DNA from: Batkoa obscura
Lineage: Eukaryota
DNA: 64,000 nucleotides
Direction of reading: 5' to 3'
NCBI GenBank assembly: GCA_030770535.1
Contig: JASVEC010000025.1
Coordinates: 124,001-188,000, forward strand
Made by a program: the position numbers and the translations under genes. Below the pieces are notes generated by a model. It saw nothing but the letters and a program-made list of their open reading frames with translations. It did no database searches and was not told where the DNA came from. This document shows, piece by piece, positions 1 through 13,118 of the stretch (position 1 is its first letter; every line of letters begins with the position of its first letter).

Positions 1-90
1 CCCCATAATAAGAAATTAAAAATAAATTACTGTTATTTAAAAAATTAATTTAAAAAAGTGGATAATTTATTTATTTATTTATTATAGTTT

Positions 91-551
91 TGTGAAAGTT
101 GGTACTCAGTGGTAGGAGTTAAAAGCTACTCTTGCTTAATTAACTTGCCTTGAGTCGAACGGTCTTAGTTTATGTAACTAAGATAGACTTAACTTAATAG
201 AAATAGTACGTAATAAGCTATGAATTATGTAAACAAATACAATGGAAGATACTACTGTAAAATCTATATAAGATGTTGTCAGAAAGACTTAGTGACTTTA
301 TTAATAGTATGATATCAGGGAGTAATTCAGTTAAAAAGCCTCGAGTTATCATATTGAAGGATCTCTTTTATACTCCAATAAGTATGGATATTAAAAGGAG
401 ATAATATTCTTTACAATATGAAGTTATAAATTCTCGCAGCAAATCAAAATAAGGAACTCTGAATTGATTGTGTTTGAACTTGAGAATACAACAACTTAAG
501 TGATTGTTGTGTTATAATCAATCTGAGAGCTAAATAAAGCAATATTTCACA
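91..551 (+). mobile_element. Solo LTR-like element (TGTGAAA...TTTCACA)
   Basis: 7-bp inverted termini with TG..CA ends; near-identical copies at 1533-2003 (-) and 19143-19568; no PBS or internal coding sequence; flanks do not form a TSD. Confidence 0.75.
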
Positions 552-1212
552 CCAGTATTCGATAAATTAAAAGACCAACCCTAGCTTATTTTATAAAAAT
601 AACAGAGAATTTAAAAGCTTCAATATTCACTAAGCAAGCAAGTAATTTATTAAATAATAGAAATCAATTATTAAATATTAATATTACTTGAATTGTTAAT
701 AGCTAAGTTAATAAATAGTCAAAGAGCAAGTAATTGTAATAATAGATAAAAATTATTATCATATTGTTTATATTATATAAAAATAGTTAATTATAGTTTT
801 AAGGCTAACTACCCTTTTTATGCAGCTATTTATTAACTTGGTAATATATCAATAATATAATTATAACATTAAACTTATTTATTTAATAGCAAATCTGTAA
901 TATTAACTATAAAACAGTCAATGATAAGTATTTCCTAATGAAACCAAAAAAAACGTCCTCATATTACAACTTTATTAGTATCAATATATAGGTTGCATTA
1001 GTAAAAGCCTTACTAATCCTGGAATTTTATCAAATTTAATAAAAATTCTGCTAACTTATAACATAAGTTATAATAAAATAATTTAAAACTATGTTATAGA
1101 GTACTTTTGGTTTTTGATAAAAAATTTATTTTTATAAAATTCTAAGCAAAGTTTCTAAAGTATAAAATTTTTAAAAATTAAATAAAAAAATGAAACCAAT
1201 TCAAATATTTTT
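552..1212 (+). mobile_element. Hypermutated 3' fragment of Sola2-like transposon
   Basis: Aligns with ~23310-23973; decayed right TIR tgaaaccaattcaaatattttt followed by atat; orphan MITE end at ~938-960. Confidence 0.85.
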
Positions 1213-1269
1213 ATATAAAAAAACAAAAAAATAAAAAAACATAAAAACATAAAAATTAAAATAATATTT

Positions 1270-1366
1270 GGGGTGCGCTTTTTTGTTTAAGAATTTTACC
1301 AACAATCTTTCCACTCAAATAGCGCTTAAAAAATGGAAAAAACAATGAAGCCAAAAAAACACCCCC
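1270..1366 (-). mobile_element. ~97-bp MITE copy
   Basis: Matches MITE family core aagcgctatttgagtggaaagattg, GGGG...CCCC ends. Confidence 0.85.
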
Positions 1367-1532
1367 ATTATCTTTTTTATAAAAAATACAATTTATATAA
1401 TCATTTAATACAGGTAAAACACATAAGATTTAAATCTAAAATTTCTAATATATTTATTAAAGATAGTTATAACTTAATAATTAATAATTTTAATTTAATA
1501 TACTACTTAATTAAATAATATTTACCAGAAAC

Positions 1533-2003
1533 TGTGAAATATTGCTCTATTTAGCTCTATTTAGCTCTCAGATTGATTATAACACAACAATCACTTAAGT
1601 TGTTGTATTCTCAAGTTCAAACACAATCAATTCAGAGTTCCTTATTTTGATTTGCTGCGAGAATTTATAACTTCATATTGTAAAGAATATTATCTCCTTT
1701 TAATATCCATACTTATTGGAGTATAAAAGAGATCCTTCAATATGATAACTCGAGGCTTTTTAACTGAATTACTCCCTGATATCATACTATTAATAAAGTC
1801 ACTAAGTCTTTCTGACAACATCTTATATAGATTTTACAGTAGTATCTTCCATTGTATTTGTTTACATAATTCATAGCTTATTACGTACTATTTCTATTAA
1901 GTTAAGTCTATCTTAGTTACATAAACTAAGACCGTTCGACTCAAGGCAAGTTAATTAAGCAAGAGTAGCTTTTAACTTCGACCACTAAGTATCAACTTTC
2001 ACA
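1533..2003 (-). mobile_element. Solo LTR-like element, inverted relative to 91-551
   Basis: Reverse complement of 91-551 with few differences (small duplication of gctctattta). Confidence 0.75.
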
Positions 2004-2085
2004 CTTCATTATTTTTTCCATTTTTTGAGCGCTATTTTAGTAGAAAGATTGTTAGTAAAATTCTTAAACACAAAAATACATCCCC
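2004..2085 (+). mobile_element. MITE copy truncated by the LTR
   Basis: cttcattattttttcc...aatacatcccc. Confidence 0.8.
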
Positions 2086-2087
2086 AT

Positions 2088-4188
2088 TATGCTGAAGAAC
2101 CTCTTTTATACTCCAACTAGTTTTGTAAACAAGTTAAGTGATTATTATGCGATAATCAATCATAGAGCTGATAAACGATATTTCACAATGTTTTATATTT
2201 TTTTATTAAAGTTTATTATTGATGATAACAAACTTAACCAAGCAATGTGTAAAATCAGTGCTCTAAAGGAAACAGGAAATAAAAACCAGCAAGTAGCATT
2301 ATTATCAACTATAGTCTTTAGTATATTTTTTTGGTGAATGTAAAAGTTTTGGATTTAGTATAAGTGTAGAAATCAATATAATTATTCAAAAATAATTAGT
2401 AATAATAAAATACCAACATTACAACCTATTATTAAAAATACAAAAAAAAATTAAAGATGGGCAAATTGAGATTATTATACAATATTTACTTTAATAATTT
2501 AACTATTTCATCAAGATTTAATAAAAAAAATAATGAAACCAAAAAAAACACCCTCATATATATTAGATAAAAGTAGAAGAATGATATACAGTAAGTATTT
2601 TAATGATTTAAAAGATAAAGCAGTAGCTAGGTCAACATTTTTCAAATATATACCAAATGATTTTAAAAATCCAGCAAGAAAAACAGATTTATGTAATATA
2701 TGTGCCCAGTATACAGTTAGAAAAAAGTTATTTGAAAATAAAATAAATACAACAAAGTGACAAAAAATAAAGCAGAGATAGAGGAATCTTTTAATAAAGA
2801 AAAAAGGTTATATAAATTACATGAATTTTGTGTTGATACTCAAAAAAACATACTTAATGAAACTATTGAAAAATTAAATAATAGAAGTTGTATAATAATT
2901 TTAGACTTTAAACAAAATATGGAAATAAAAATAAAACCAGATTTAATAAACCTAGATCATTATAACAAACAAGCTATATCAGTATTAGGGTTTGGCGTTT
3001 TGTATTTAAAAAACGATAAAACAATAGGCAAAGTTTATTTTGATTATTTATCTGAAATATCAAATCATGATTCAGCATATGCAGGAGATTGTTTGATTGA
3101 TTTAATATCTAAAGAGCCTTTATTTAAAAAGTTTACAAAAATTAATATATGGACAGATACAGGATATCATTTTAAATCTCAAGAGTTTTTACATTATGTA
3201 TTTGAAGAAATTTATAAAATAAATAGTAGTTTAAATATTGATCTTAATTTTTTTGCTGAGCATCATGGAAAAAGTATAGTTGATGGACATTTCGGAAATT
3301 TTTTACAATGGAAAAATAGCTTGAAGCATTAAGTAAAAGATATTAATCAACTAATTTCAAAATTTGAGATTTTTATTTGTGAACATAATAGAGTTAATAA
3401 CTCAACTGTCAATAATGGGAAAACAAATATAATTTTTAAAAAGTATGAAAGAAACAAAGATATAAAAAAAATAGTAAAAATAAAAGGTATTAAAAAGTAT
3501 TTACATTTTATTAAACGTGGTAATAAACTACACTGTTATCCAGTATCTGATAGATCAAAAAAAAGCGATATGATCTCAATTAAAGTTATAGAGTCTATAG
3601 AGGATAGAAAAATTAAAAGGTCAACCCCAGCTTATCTTACAAAAATAACTGAAAATTTAAAAGTTTCAATATTCAGTAAACAAGTAAGTAGCTTATTAGA
3701 TGATAGAAATCAATTATTAAATGTTGATATTACTTGAATTATTAATAGCTAAGTTAATAGATAGCCAAAGAGCAAGTAGTTGTAATAATAAGTAAAAACT
3801 ATTATTATACTGCTTGTGTTACATAGGGATGGTTAATTATAGTTTTGGGGCTAACCACTCCCTCCCATGCAGCTATTTATTAACTTAGCGATATATTAAT
3901 AATGTAATTATAACATTAAAATAATTTATTCATTTGATAGCAAATCTGCAGTGTTGAATATAAAACAGTTAATAATAAATATTTTTTAATAAAGCTTTAT
4001 AAAAACATATATTTATTTACATACTACAAATCTGATTACTATCACTATATAGACTATATTGGTAAAAGCCTTGGTAATTCAGGAATTTATATTAAATTTG
4101 ATAGAAATTCCGCTAACTTACAATATAAATTATAACAAAATAATTTAAAAATTGGATAAGAACATGAAACCAATTCGGACACCCCCCC
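2088..4188 (+). mobile_element. Partial mosaic copy of Sola2-like transposon (transposase pseudogene; ORFs 2533-2760 and 2757-3332)
   Basis: Starts in the 3' part of the internal LTR; ~2570-3290 is essentially identical to ~22270-22990; right TIR tgaaaccaattcggacacccc ends at 4188. Confidence 0.9.
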
Positions 4189-4192
4189 AAAT

Positions 4193-4290
4193 GGGGATGT
4201 ATTTTTGTGTTTAAGAATTTTACTAACCATCTTTCCGCTGAAATAGCGCTTAAAAAATGGAAAAAATAATGAAACCAAAAAAACACCTCC
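4193..4290 (-). mobile_element. MITE copy abutting the right TIR
   Basis: Family consensus; followed by atat. Confidence 0.85.
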
Positions 4291-4640
4291 ATATCATTTT
4301 CTGATTTGATTTCAATATTAAACAATATTAATATATAATTTTTATTAAATAAACTTAAAAATAAAAAATACACAATAAAAAAGCTATAAAATATTAAAAG
4401 TTTATTATGTTTTAAACGCTAAATTAAAAAAGTACTAGGTATTTTAATAAGCTTATATAAAAAAACCCTATATAATATACTGATACAAAATTAAATATAA
4501 TTTATAGCTAATGAATATAACAGCTAATATAAAACATACCGAATAATAAAATTTTCATTCTAATTAATTATTTTTAATAGCTTTTCAAAAACTGAAATTT
4601 TTTATTAAAAATTTGAAATTATACCCTGTTTAAGTATTTA

Positions 4641-4736
4641 GGGATGTTTTTTGGCTTCATTATTTTTTCCATTTTTTAAGCGCTATTTGAATGGAAAGAT
4701 TGTTAGTGAAATCCTTAAACAAAAAAATACATATCC
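4641..4736 (+). mobile_element. MITE copy
   Basis: Family consensus. Confidence 0.8.
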
Positions 4737-5237
4737 ATTTAGACATTTTATTATATAATGATAAAAACAATTTGTCAATTATAACAATAAAACCTTTTTA
4801 AATTAACGTTTTTGTTCTTTATTCTTTTTTTTGAATTATTTTTTATTTGAACTAAACATGTTTAGCTATTTAGTATTAAAAGTAATGTTTATAAGCTAAA
4901 ACTTTAAACTAAATTTACTTTAACTGTTTATTTAATTTTTCTGAAAACTGGTTTATAAATCTATATTACAAAAAGCCCTTTAATAATATTTTAGACATTT
5001 ATTAAACTATGTATTTAATTGTTTTTAGCATCAGAAATAATGCCTATAAGCTCAAACCTTAAATTTAGTTGTAATTTTAGTTTATTTAATTATTATCCTA
5101 AAATTATATAAAATAATTTATATTTATTTGAAATTATCTTTTAGTTTTTTAACTTTAGAAGTATTATTATTGAACTAAACCCTACCTAACATCAATTTTT
5201 ACTAATAAGAGTAACTTTCTTTGCTTAAATTAAATGT

Positions 5238-5736
5238 TGTGAAAGTTGATACTCAGTGGTCGGAGTTAAAAGCTACTCTTGCTTAATTAACTTGCCTTGA
5301 GTTGAAGGGTCTTAGTTTATGTAACTAAGATAGACTTAACTTAATAAGAATAGTATGCAATAGGCTATGCAAAAGCTGTAAAACAAATATAATAGAAGAT
5401 ACCACTGCAGAACCTATGTAAGATGTTGTCAGAAAGACTTAGTGACTTTATTAATGATACGATGTCAGGGAGTAACTCAATTAAAAAAGTCCTGAGTTAT
5501 CATGTTGAAGAATCTCTTTTATACTCTAAAAAGTACGGATATTAAAACGAGAGGATATCATTCTTTGCAATGTGAAGTTAGAAATCCTCACAGCAAATCA
5601 AAACAAGGAACTCTGGATTGATTATACTACATAGTTCACGATTAAATTGATTACAAGACTACAAATAATCCTGTAAATAAGTTCAATGATTATTATCTTA
5701 TAATTAATCCGAGAGCTGATAAAGCAATATTTCACA
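5238..5736 (+). mobile_element. Solo LTR-like element (divergent variant)
   Basis: TGTGAAAGTT...TTTCACA; homologous to 91-551 but with a different 3' segment. Confidence 0.75.
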
Positions 5737-6575
5737 CGGATTAGCAAGGGTTTTACTAATATAACTTATATATTGGTATTAATCAAAGTTATAGTATGTA
5801 AATAAATATATGTTTTTATAAAGCTTTATTAAAAAATATTTATTATTAACTGCTTTATGGCCAACACTGCAAGGTTTGCTATCAAATAAATAAATTATTT
5901 TAATGTTATAATTACATTATATGAATATATTACCAAGTTAATAAATAGCTGCATAAGAGAGTAATTAGCTTTGAAACTATAAACTAACTATCTTTATATA
6001 ATGTAAGCAATGTAATAATAGTTTCTATTTATTATTACAGCTACTTGCTCTTTAACTATTTATTAACTTTAATTGAAATTATATCACTTTTTTTTCATCT
6101 ATCAGATACTAGATAGCAATGTAGTTTATTACCACGTTTAATAAAATGTAAATAGTTTCTAATACCTTGTATTTTTGTTACTTTTTTTGTATCTTTGTTT
6201 CTTTCATACTTTTTAAAAATTATATTTGTTTTCCCATTATTGACAGTTGAGTTATTAACTCTATTATGTTCACAAATAAAAATCTCAAATTTTGAAATTA
6301 GTTGATTAATATCTTTTACTTAATGCTTCAAGCTATTTTTCCATTGTAAAAAATTTCCGAAATGTCCATCAACTATACTTTTTCCATGATGCTCAGCAAA
6401 AAAATTAAGATCAATATTTAAACTACTATTTATTTTATAAATTTCTTCAAATATATAATGTAAAAATCCTTGAGATTTAAAATAATTTCCTGTATCTATT
6501 TATATATTAATTTTTGCAAACTTTTTAAGCAAAGGCTCCTTAGATATTAAATCAATCAAACAACCTCTTGCATAT
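5737..6575 (-). mobile_element. Decayed Sola2-like 3' fragment
   Basis: Reverse complement of transposase C-terminus and 3' region; nearly identical to ~14826-15663. Confidence 0.85.
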
Positions 6576-6679
6576 GGGGATGCATTTTTGTGTTTAAGAA
6601 TTTCATTAATAATTTTTCCGCGCTATTTGAATGGAAAAATTATTAATGAAATTCTTAAACACAAAAAAACATCATCCTC
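6576..6679. mobile_element. Fold-back MITE derivative (two copies of the same half, inverted)
   Basis: tttgtgtttaagaatttcattaataatttttcc ... ggaaaaattattaatgaaattcttaaacacaaa. Confidence 0.7.
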
Positions 6680-6986
6680 TATACATACATAATCCTGATT
6701 TTTTTTATATTTTTATATTTTTGTATTTAATAAATTAATTGGTTTAAAGTTAGTTATATATTAATGTCTTTTATTTTATTTTTATTTAATATAATAATCC
6801 AGTTTAAATTAAAGCTAATTGAAAAAATTATGAGCTAAATTATTCACTCATAATTTCCTAATAACTACTTTAAGCTATAATTGCTAACAATAGTAGTCAG
6901 TACATCCCATTATACTTTTAGATGCAATTTACTCAGAACTTTGACTCAAATTTATATTTAACTAATATAAATTTTAAATATAATAA

Positions 6987-7089
6987 GGGGGATGTATTTT
7001 TGTGTTTAAGAATTTTACTAACAATCTTTCCACTCAAATAATAGCGCTTAAAAAATGGAAAAAGTAATGAAACCAAAAAAGTATCCCCC
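6987..7089 (-). mobile_element. MITE copy
   Basis: Family consensus; GGGGG...CCCCC ends. Confidence 0.85.
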
Positions 7090-7299
7090 ATACATTAAGA
7101 TTGGGGTTGAAAATGTGAATAAAATAATTAAAATGAAAAAAATAAAATAACAAAAAATATTAACTATTAATGCAGTATCATAAATAATGTAAACAGTTTA
7201 TTAAAATGAAGTAAAAGTAAGTTATAAAATGGTAAAGCTAAAACTAAAACAGAGTACCATAAGGTAATAAAAATCTAATTAAGCTGAATAATGTCAATT

Positions 7300-10200
7300 A
7301 AACTTAAATAAATATTTACCATCACCGGTATACAGATGAAAAACAATGCATGAGATAACTACACCTAACAAAAATTCTGTAGTTAATTCTAGGTTAACGT
7401 AGTTAATCGAGTATAGAGTATAAAGCTGTATGGCCAAACATCAGAAAATGAACCATTTTGAAAGTGACCGGAAATGAAGAGCATCTCCCATTATTACCAT
7501 CTGGGTTCATGACATTTCATAAATTTCATTAAAGTTAAGCTATCAAACTTTATTAAATAATTTTTCTAATAATGGACATCTAAAATAGTGGAAAAAAATC
7601 AAAATTGATATATATTGCAATGTTTACAATTTGAGTCTATCCTTCTTGAAAGGTCTCTGTGTGTGTTTAAGTTTGAGATAGACTGGGTTTGTAATTCTTG
7701 GTGTAAAAAACGAATCAAAAAACTCAATCTGTCAACAGATATGTTTGTTTATTTTTGAATTTTAACAAATTGATTTGAACTATTAAAAATATAATATGAG
7801 TTTAATAAAATCATATTATAATTAGATCTAAATAATTTTCGCGTTTTATCCCTCAATATGTCATTTTGAACTTATCCATTATTAATATCGTGTGTTATTA
7901 TGATCTGAATAGGTAAAATCCTTTTGTATTTAAGAGTAATCATTTGTAATTGCATCAAATAAATTAAATACTCCTTATTTTGAATTGTAACTGCTAATTT
8001 AGCATATAAATCAGGTAGTTCATCATCACCTATGGTTTTTGAATGTGGTTTTACGTTTGAAATGAGCATGTTTGATTAAGAGATGGCCTCCTATATAAAA
8101 GAAATTATTAAAGTATGAACCCACTTTTTCTTCATAAATAATTTGGGGAAGATTTAGAGGCTTTTCCAATTGCTAAAGGCATTTTCTACTAACCATATTA
8201 TTTAACAATATAATTAATTATGCAATTTTAGGTTTTATGTTGATTTAAATACTATAGTATATAAAAGTAAAAATTATCACCAGAATTTCATACCACCTAT
8301 AATCATCGGCATTAGTTTTTGTAGATTTTTAATCTTAATTCTTATTGATCTATATTTGTCTGGTGGTGCAGATGTATATTTAAAAAGAATTGCAAAGCTG
8401 AGTAAATGTTTTTTGTTGAACCCTCAGTATAGAACGCATAAATGTTATTATGTATTGTGATAAGTATTGAAAAGTTGCTAACATGATTAATTTTGATATA
8501 TTTGTGACTACTGATTTTGAGTGTATCTTAAGTTTATTAATAAATGATTAGCTATCGTTATTATACACGAGTGTTTTTTAATTTAGTAATCAAATGATTT
8601 TAAAAAAAGGGGTCCATAAAGAAACAATGAAAGATGAAAAAAATAAAAGTTATTGATTAAAAGAAAGGGCGTAAAAATCTATTTTCCAAAAGTTAGTTAG
8701 TTACTTTTAAAATACAAAATCTTATAATTAAAAATCTTAGCTTTAATACTTTTTAGTATAACTTTTTTAAAGATGAGACCTGTAAACTACACATATACAA
8801 TCTTAACTTTTAGCTAAAAGCTTGGGAAGTTTTTTCAACAACCCCTGTTGTTTTAGTATTAATAATATGTGATCAGTTTATAGTGTATTAATTTAAAATG
8901 AATTAAATAATATCAAGCTCATATTTGAGCTTCTTTTTAAAGTTTTTGATTTTTAATGATTTTTTACTTTTTTTTATCAAGCTTTGAAATATTACCTTAC
9001 GCCTATAGTCAAACCCCGTATTTAATTTTAAATTTTTCATAATTAAAATTTTATTAAATCCTTTACCTAATGTAACGTGAATATGAGCCCAAGTAGAAAA
9101 ATTCCACATTATAAATTCTAAAATAATTTAACCAGTTTATGATAATTGGCAATTAAGATGTAGTGTTAGTATTTGTTGAATTAGTTCTGAAATACCATAT
9201 AGTTTTGGACGATGAATTATATCAATATGAGTTGCTTTTTTTAAAGAACAACTGCTTACAAATTAAATATTTTAAACGTTGATCAATATAAACAAACCGT
9301 CTTGGTTTTGTAATATTATTAAAAGGAATAAATTTGAGTTTTGCACATAAATTTGATTGAATAAACATTTAATCATTCATTTTAAGATCGAGTTTTTTCT
9401 GTCTACAAGATTTATAACATTATATAGGTACAATCCATATTTGTATACTAAGAATTCTTTTCTTCGAATGCTGAATTGGCATTAATTTCGATGAAACAAC
9501 CTACCCAAATGAATATTTAATATTTCGTCATTTATTGAAATTAGTTTAAGTAATTCGAAATTGTCTATAAGAATATCTTAGTTGAAATGTTTATTGTGTT
9601 ATGTGTTAGAAATAACTTTTTAAAATTGGAGCCGTTCAAAAAATCCATGTTTTCTGTGAATCCTTTAGTTTCTTGTAAATTATTTCCATATCTTCTGTTT
9701 TTTTGCCAATTAATACTATATATCATTAGCCGCTGCTAAGTGGTTTATGGAAACTAGATATGGTTTGTATCTAATCTTCGTACTCTTAAGTTTAGTCAAC
9801 AATAGGTCAATCGATATAGTCCACAGCACTTAGGGGTAGTGTGTGGGATCCCCGTGTTCGAATCCACTTTTGGATTGTATTCATTGATATGGCCATAAAA
9901 AGTTTTGACTTTATAATTTTTATGTGTAAAATTAAACTTTAATAAATTTATGAATTCATAAATTCTTTTGGAAAGTTAAGTCTTTAAGCTTTAATTAAAG
10001 ATTTCTAAGTTACAGAACTATAACCTTAGAAATATCTAAAGAGATAATAATGGATTTCTGATATTTAAATTCATCTATTATTGATTGTAATATTAAAATT
10101 AGTTCACGAATGATTTTGCCTTTGGTCAATAAAACCAAAACTTATGTTTTATATAAAAATATCTCCATTGTTAAACAAAATACTCTGGATCCTATTAACT

Positions 10201-12900
10201 AAAACTGAAGGCAATAACTTTCAATGGGGTTGTAATAAAGCTATTGGTCCAAACTATTGCATTGTACATCTCCTGACCAATTTTTACCTTTAGGTAGGGT
10301 ATAATTTCTATTTTTATAAATTGGATTTGGAAATATACTTGTTTTTATTATATTATTTAATTGAAACCAAATTTGATAAAACATTATTAGGTGCTTTTTT
10401 CCAAAACTTATTTGAACTCTTGATATTCCCCCTGGTGATTTTCTTATTTGGTAGTTTTGATTGAAATGATCAATTCAACTTACTTGCCTAAAACTGTTTC
10501 TTTCATAATATCATTAAAACACGTATTGCTTTTATTGTATTATGTTTAATATAATAATTTGATAGTTTGGTTTATAATTTGGATTTATAACCAAACATAA
10601 AATTTTTCGAAAATAGTTATAAATTTTGTTTATTACGATTTGTGGTTTTGCCAGCAACTCCATAATTTCTTCTCCACAAAATTCTTAATGTAAAGTTTAC
10701 TTTCAAGTGAATTCTCCCAAGTATTCTACTAAAAGCTACAAAAGATGTATCAAAAGATAACATTGAAATTTGTGCCTTGTCAATTTTATAATTTCTTTCG
10801 ATTATTCCTTTTTGACTATATTTTTTGAATTCTGTTTGATTTTGATACGTGTTTTTCCTATTTCTGTTGGCAAAACAATATTATTGACTAAAATTTCGTA
10901 AATGGTTAAATAAATCTTTTTCAATTGCTGATTTAGGAAATTTCGTTAATAAATTGATAACCAGACCCTTAAGTTAGTAACAGAGCACAAGCATTAATAG
11001 TTACGTTCTTTATTGATAATCACTTAATTCACAAATAATGAACCATTGGTAGATTATTTAACAATAAATTAAGTGATTATTAGTAAAGAATGTGGTGAAA
11101 TTAATACATGTGTTACTAAAAGGTTCAATCAATTGTGGTACAATAACTATAGTGTGAGTATATGATCTACAGGTATGTATTATTTTGTTATGCATAAATT
11201 CCCTAGTATAATAAGATTGTAGTTAGCAATAATATGGTTTATAAATTATTCACTCCTATTTGTCTGGTTGCACTGTTTGTGTATTATTCACATATTCGAC
11301 TGTAGATTGGTTGAAATCCCCCCAGTGTAATAATTAATCTCGAATACCCATAATTAAAAACTATCTAAATAACCTACCTATATCTTGGCCTTTCAATAAC
11401 AAACATTCTGTGCAAGTTTGATAATCAGCTTGGTGTAAGTATAAACCAACTAAATAAAATGGGTTTTGAGTTCAAATTAAAATTAATAACTGAATAACAG
11501 TTTGAAATAAGTGGTTTTTGAAATTATCCTGTCATTCCAACATTTATTAAAAATAATAACTATTTACATATCTTCATTTATGTTAACTTTGGGGCACATA
11601 AAAAGATATAGGATTATGTTTTCTTAATTCATGTTTTAATTGCTTACGAATTTTTAGAGACAACATTGTTTCTATTATTAGGATAAAACTACATAATTTG
11701 TATTTTTAATAACACATCTGATACAAAACTATGTTGCTTTATTACTAATTTATTAATGTTGAGATTTAAGAATATTGTTTATTTTAGGATTGATTGCTGG
11801 ACCATTTCTCCAATTAAGTTATCTTATTTGGACATGGATAGTATGTGTTGTTAGTATGTCTAATTTGGAGTTAAAATAAATATATAAATCAAAGTGATAT
11901 TGTTTATTTTAAATTTAGTGAAATTTTTTATTTTAATTGTTTTGCATGTGCCCATTTCCATTGATTCATCATGTCTGATCATCTTTAAAACCAGAGTTAT
12001 TTCAGTATCTTCAGAGACATTTTTAGAGTTCATTTTTGATTCTATGAATTAAACATTTTTTGTTTAGAAAAATGAGGTTTTATTTTGGACTTGAAGCTTG
12101 ATTATTTTTAAGATGGTATCCAAATTTGTTTCAAGTTTCTCGATTGTAACACTTTGATCTTTATCAATAGCTTCTGGAAAGTTTTCCAGGAAATACCCCC
12201 TCATATTCCACAAAGCTAACTCAATAATAAAAAACTGGGTTTAAATGTATTTTATTAGTTTTAAATAGGAGTTTCTGGAAAAATTACAGTGAAACCACTT
12301 TGGTATTTTAATGCTCTGTTCAGGGGGACAGTATTAGCATTAGTGAGCGTCAAGGTGTTGAGCTGCTTTTTTGTCTCGTTTTTTGCTTTATAAGGGACAA
12401 TTCCACTGAATGATAAGAAATTAAGCGCAACAGGGAAAAGTACTTAGTGGATTTAAGTATTTTTGGAGGAACCACTTCACTTCAGTTTTCTCCAGTTCCA
12501 AAAGATTTTACAGATTAAGCCAAAAGTTTCAAAACTTCCAATCTTTCAAGCAGATTCCCAAAAATTATGGAATTCGGGTATATAATAGAACTCTCGATGT
12601 ATCCTGTTTGTGTATAAATTTCAATTTTATGACTTCTTTCCTCATAGCGAATTACAATATTTATTAAAATTTAGAAAATGAAAAAATCCGAAAAAATTGG
12701 CAGGCTTATTTTAAACTTGGGTCAAACTGCAATCAGAGTTATGATTCTACCTGTTTATCCACAAGGTAAAACACAGTTAAAGAAATCATCGAGCTCTTTA
12801 GAATTTTACTTAGGCAAGAGAGCTTTATCACAAGCTGGTTATTATTTTAAATGAAACAATTTTTTTTAAAATTGAGTTTGAAGATCAGCCCCCCAGTTCA
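7300..12900 (-). mobile_element. Decayed non-LTR retrotransposon (LINE): APE endonuclease, RT, RNase H
   Basis: Minus-strand remnant motifs in the correct order: GDFN (~11310-11325), LPNKKSPG (~10430-10455), TLPKGKNWSG..PIALLQP (~10225-10300), SLDISK (~10025-10043), GIP..PLS (~9825-9852), A(N/D)DI (~9720-9730), RNase H VKPHS..GDDELPDLYAKLA (ORF 7872-8069); many stops and frameshifts; boundaries approximate. Confidence 0.75.
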
Positions 12901-13118
12901 GGAGATTAGACACAAAAAAGATTTAATTAAGTTTTAAATTGATTGGCATAATCCAAACATAATTTAGATGAGCCCCCCCAAAAAAAACTTCAACTTTAAG
13001 AGGATATCTAATTACAAAATTAAATTGAGAATGTGTTGACATGTAAATAAGGTTTTACCCTATTATTTATTGATAAATGAACAAAAAAGCCACTTTTTAC
13101 AAAAGCGGATTAATATAT

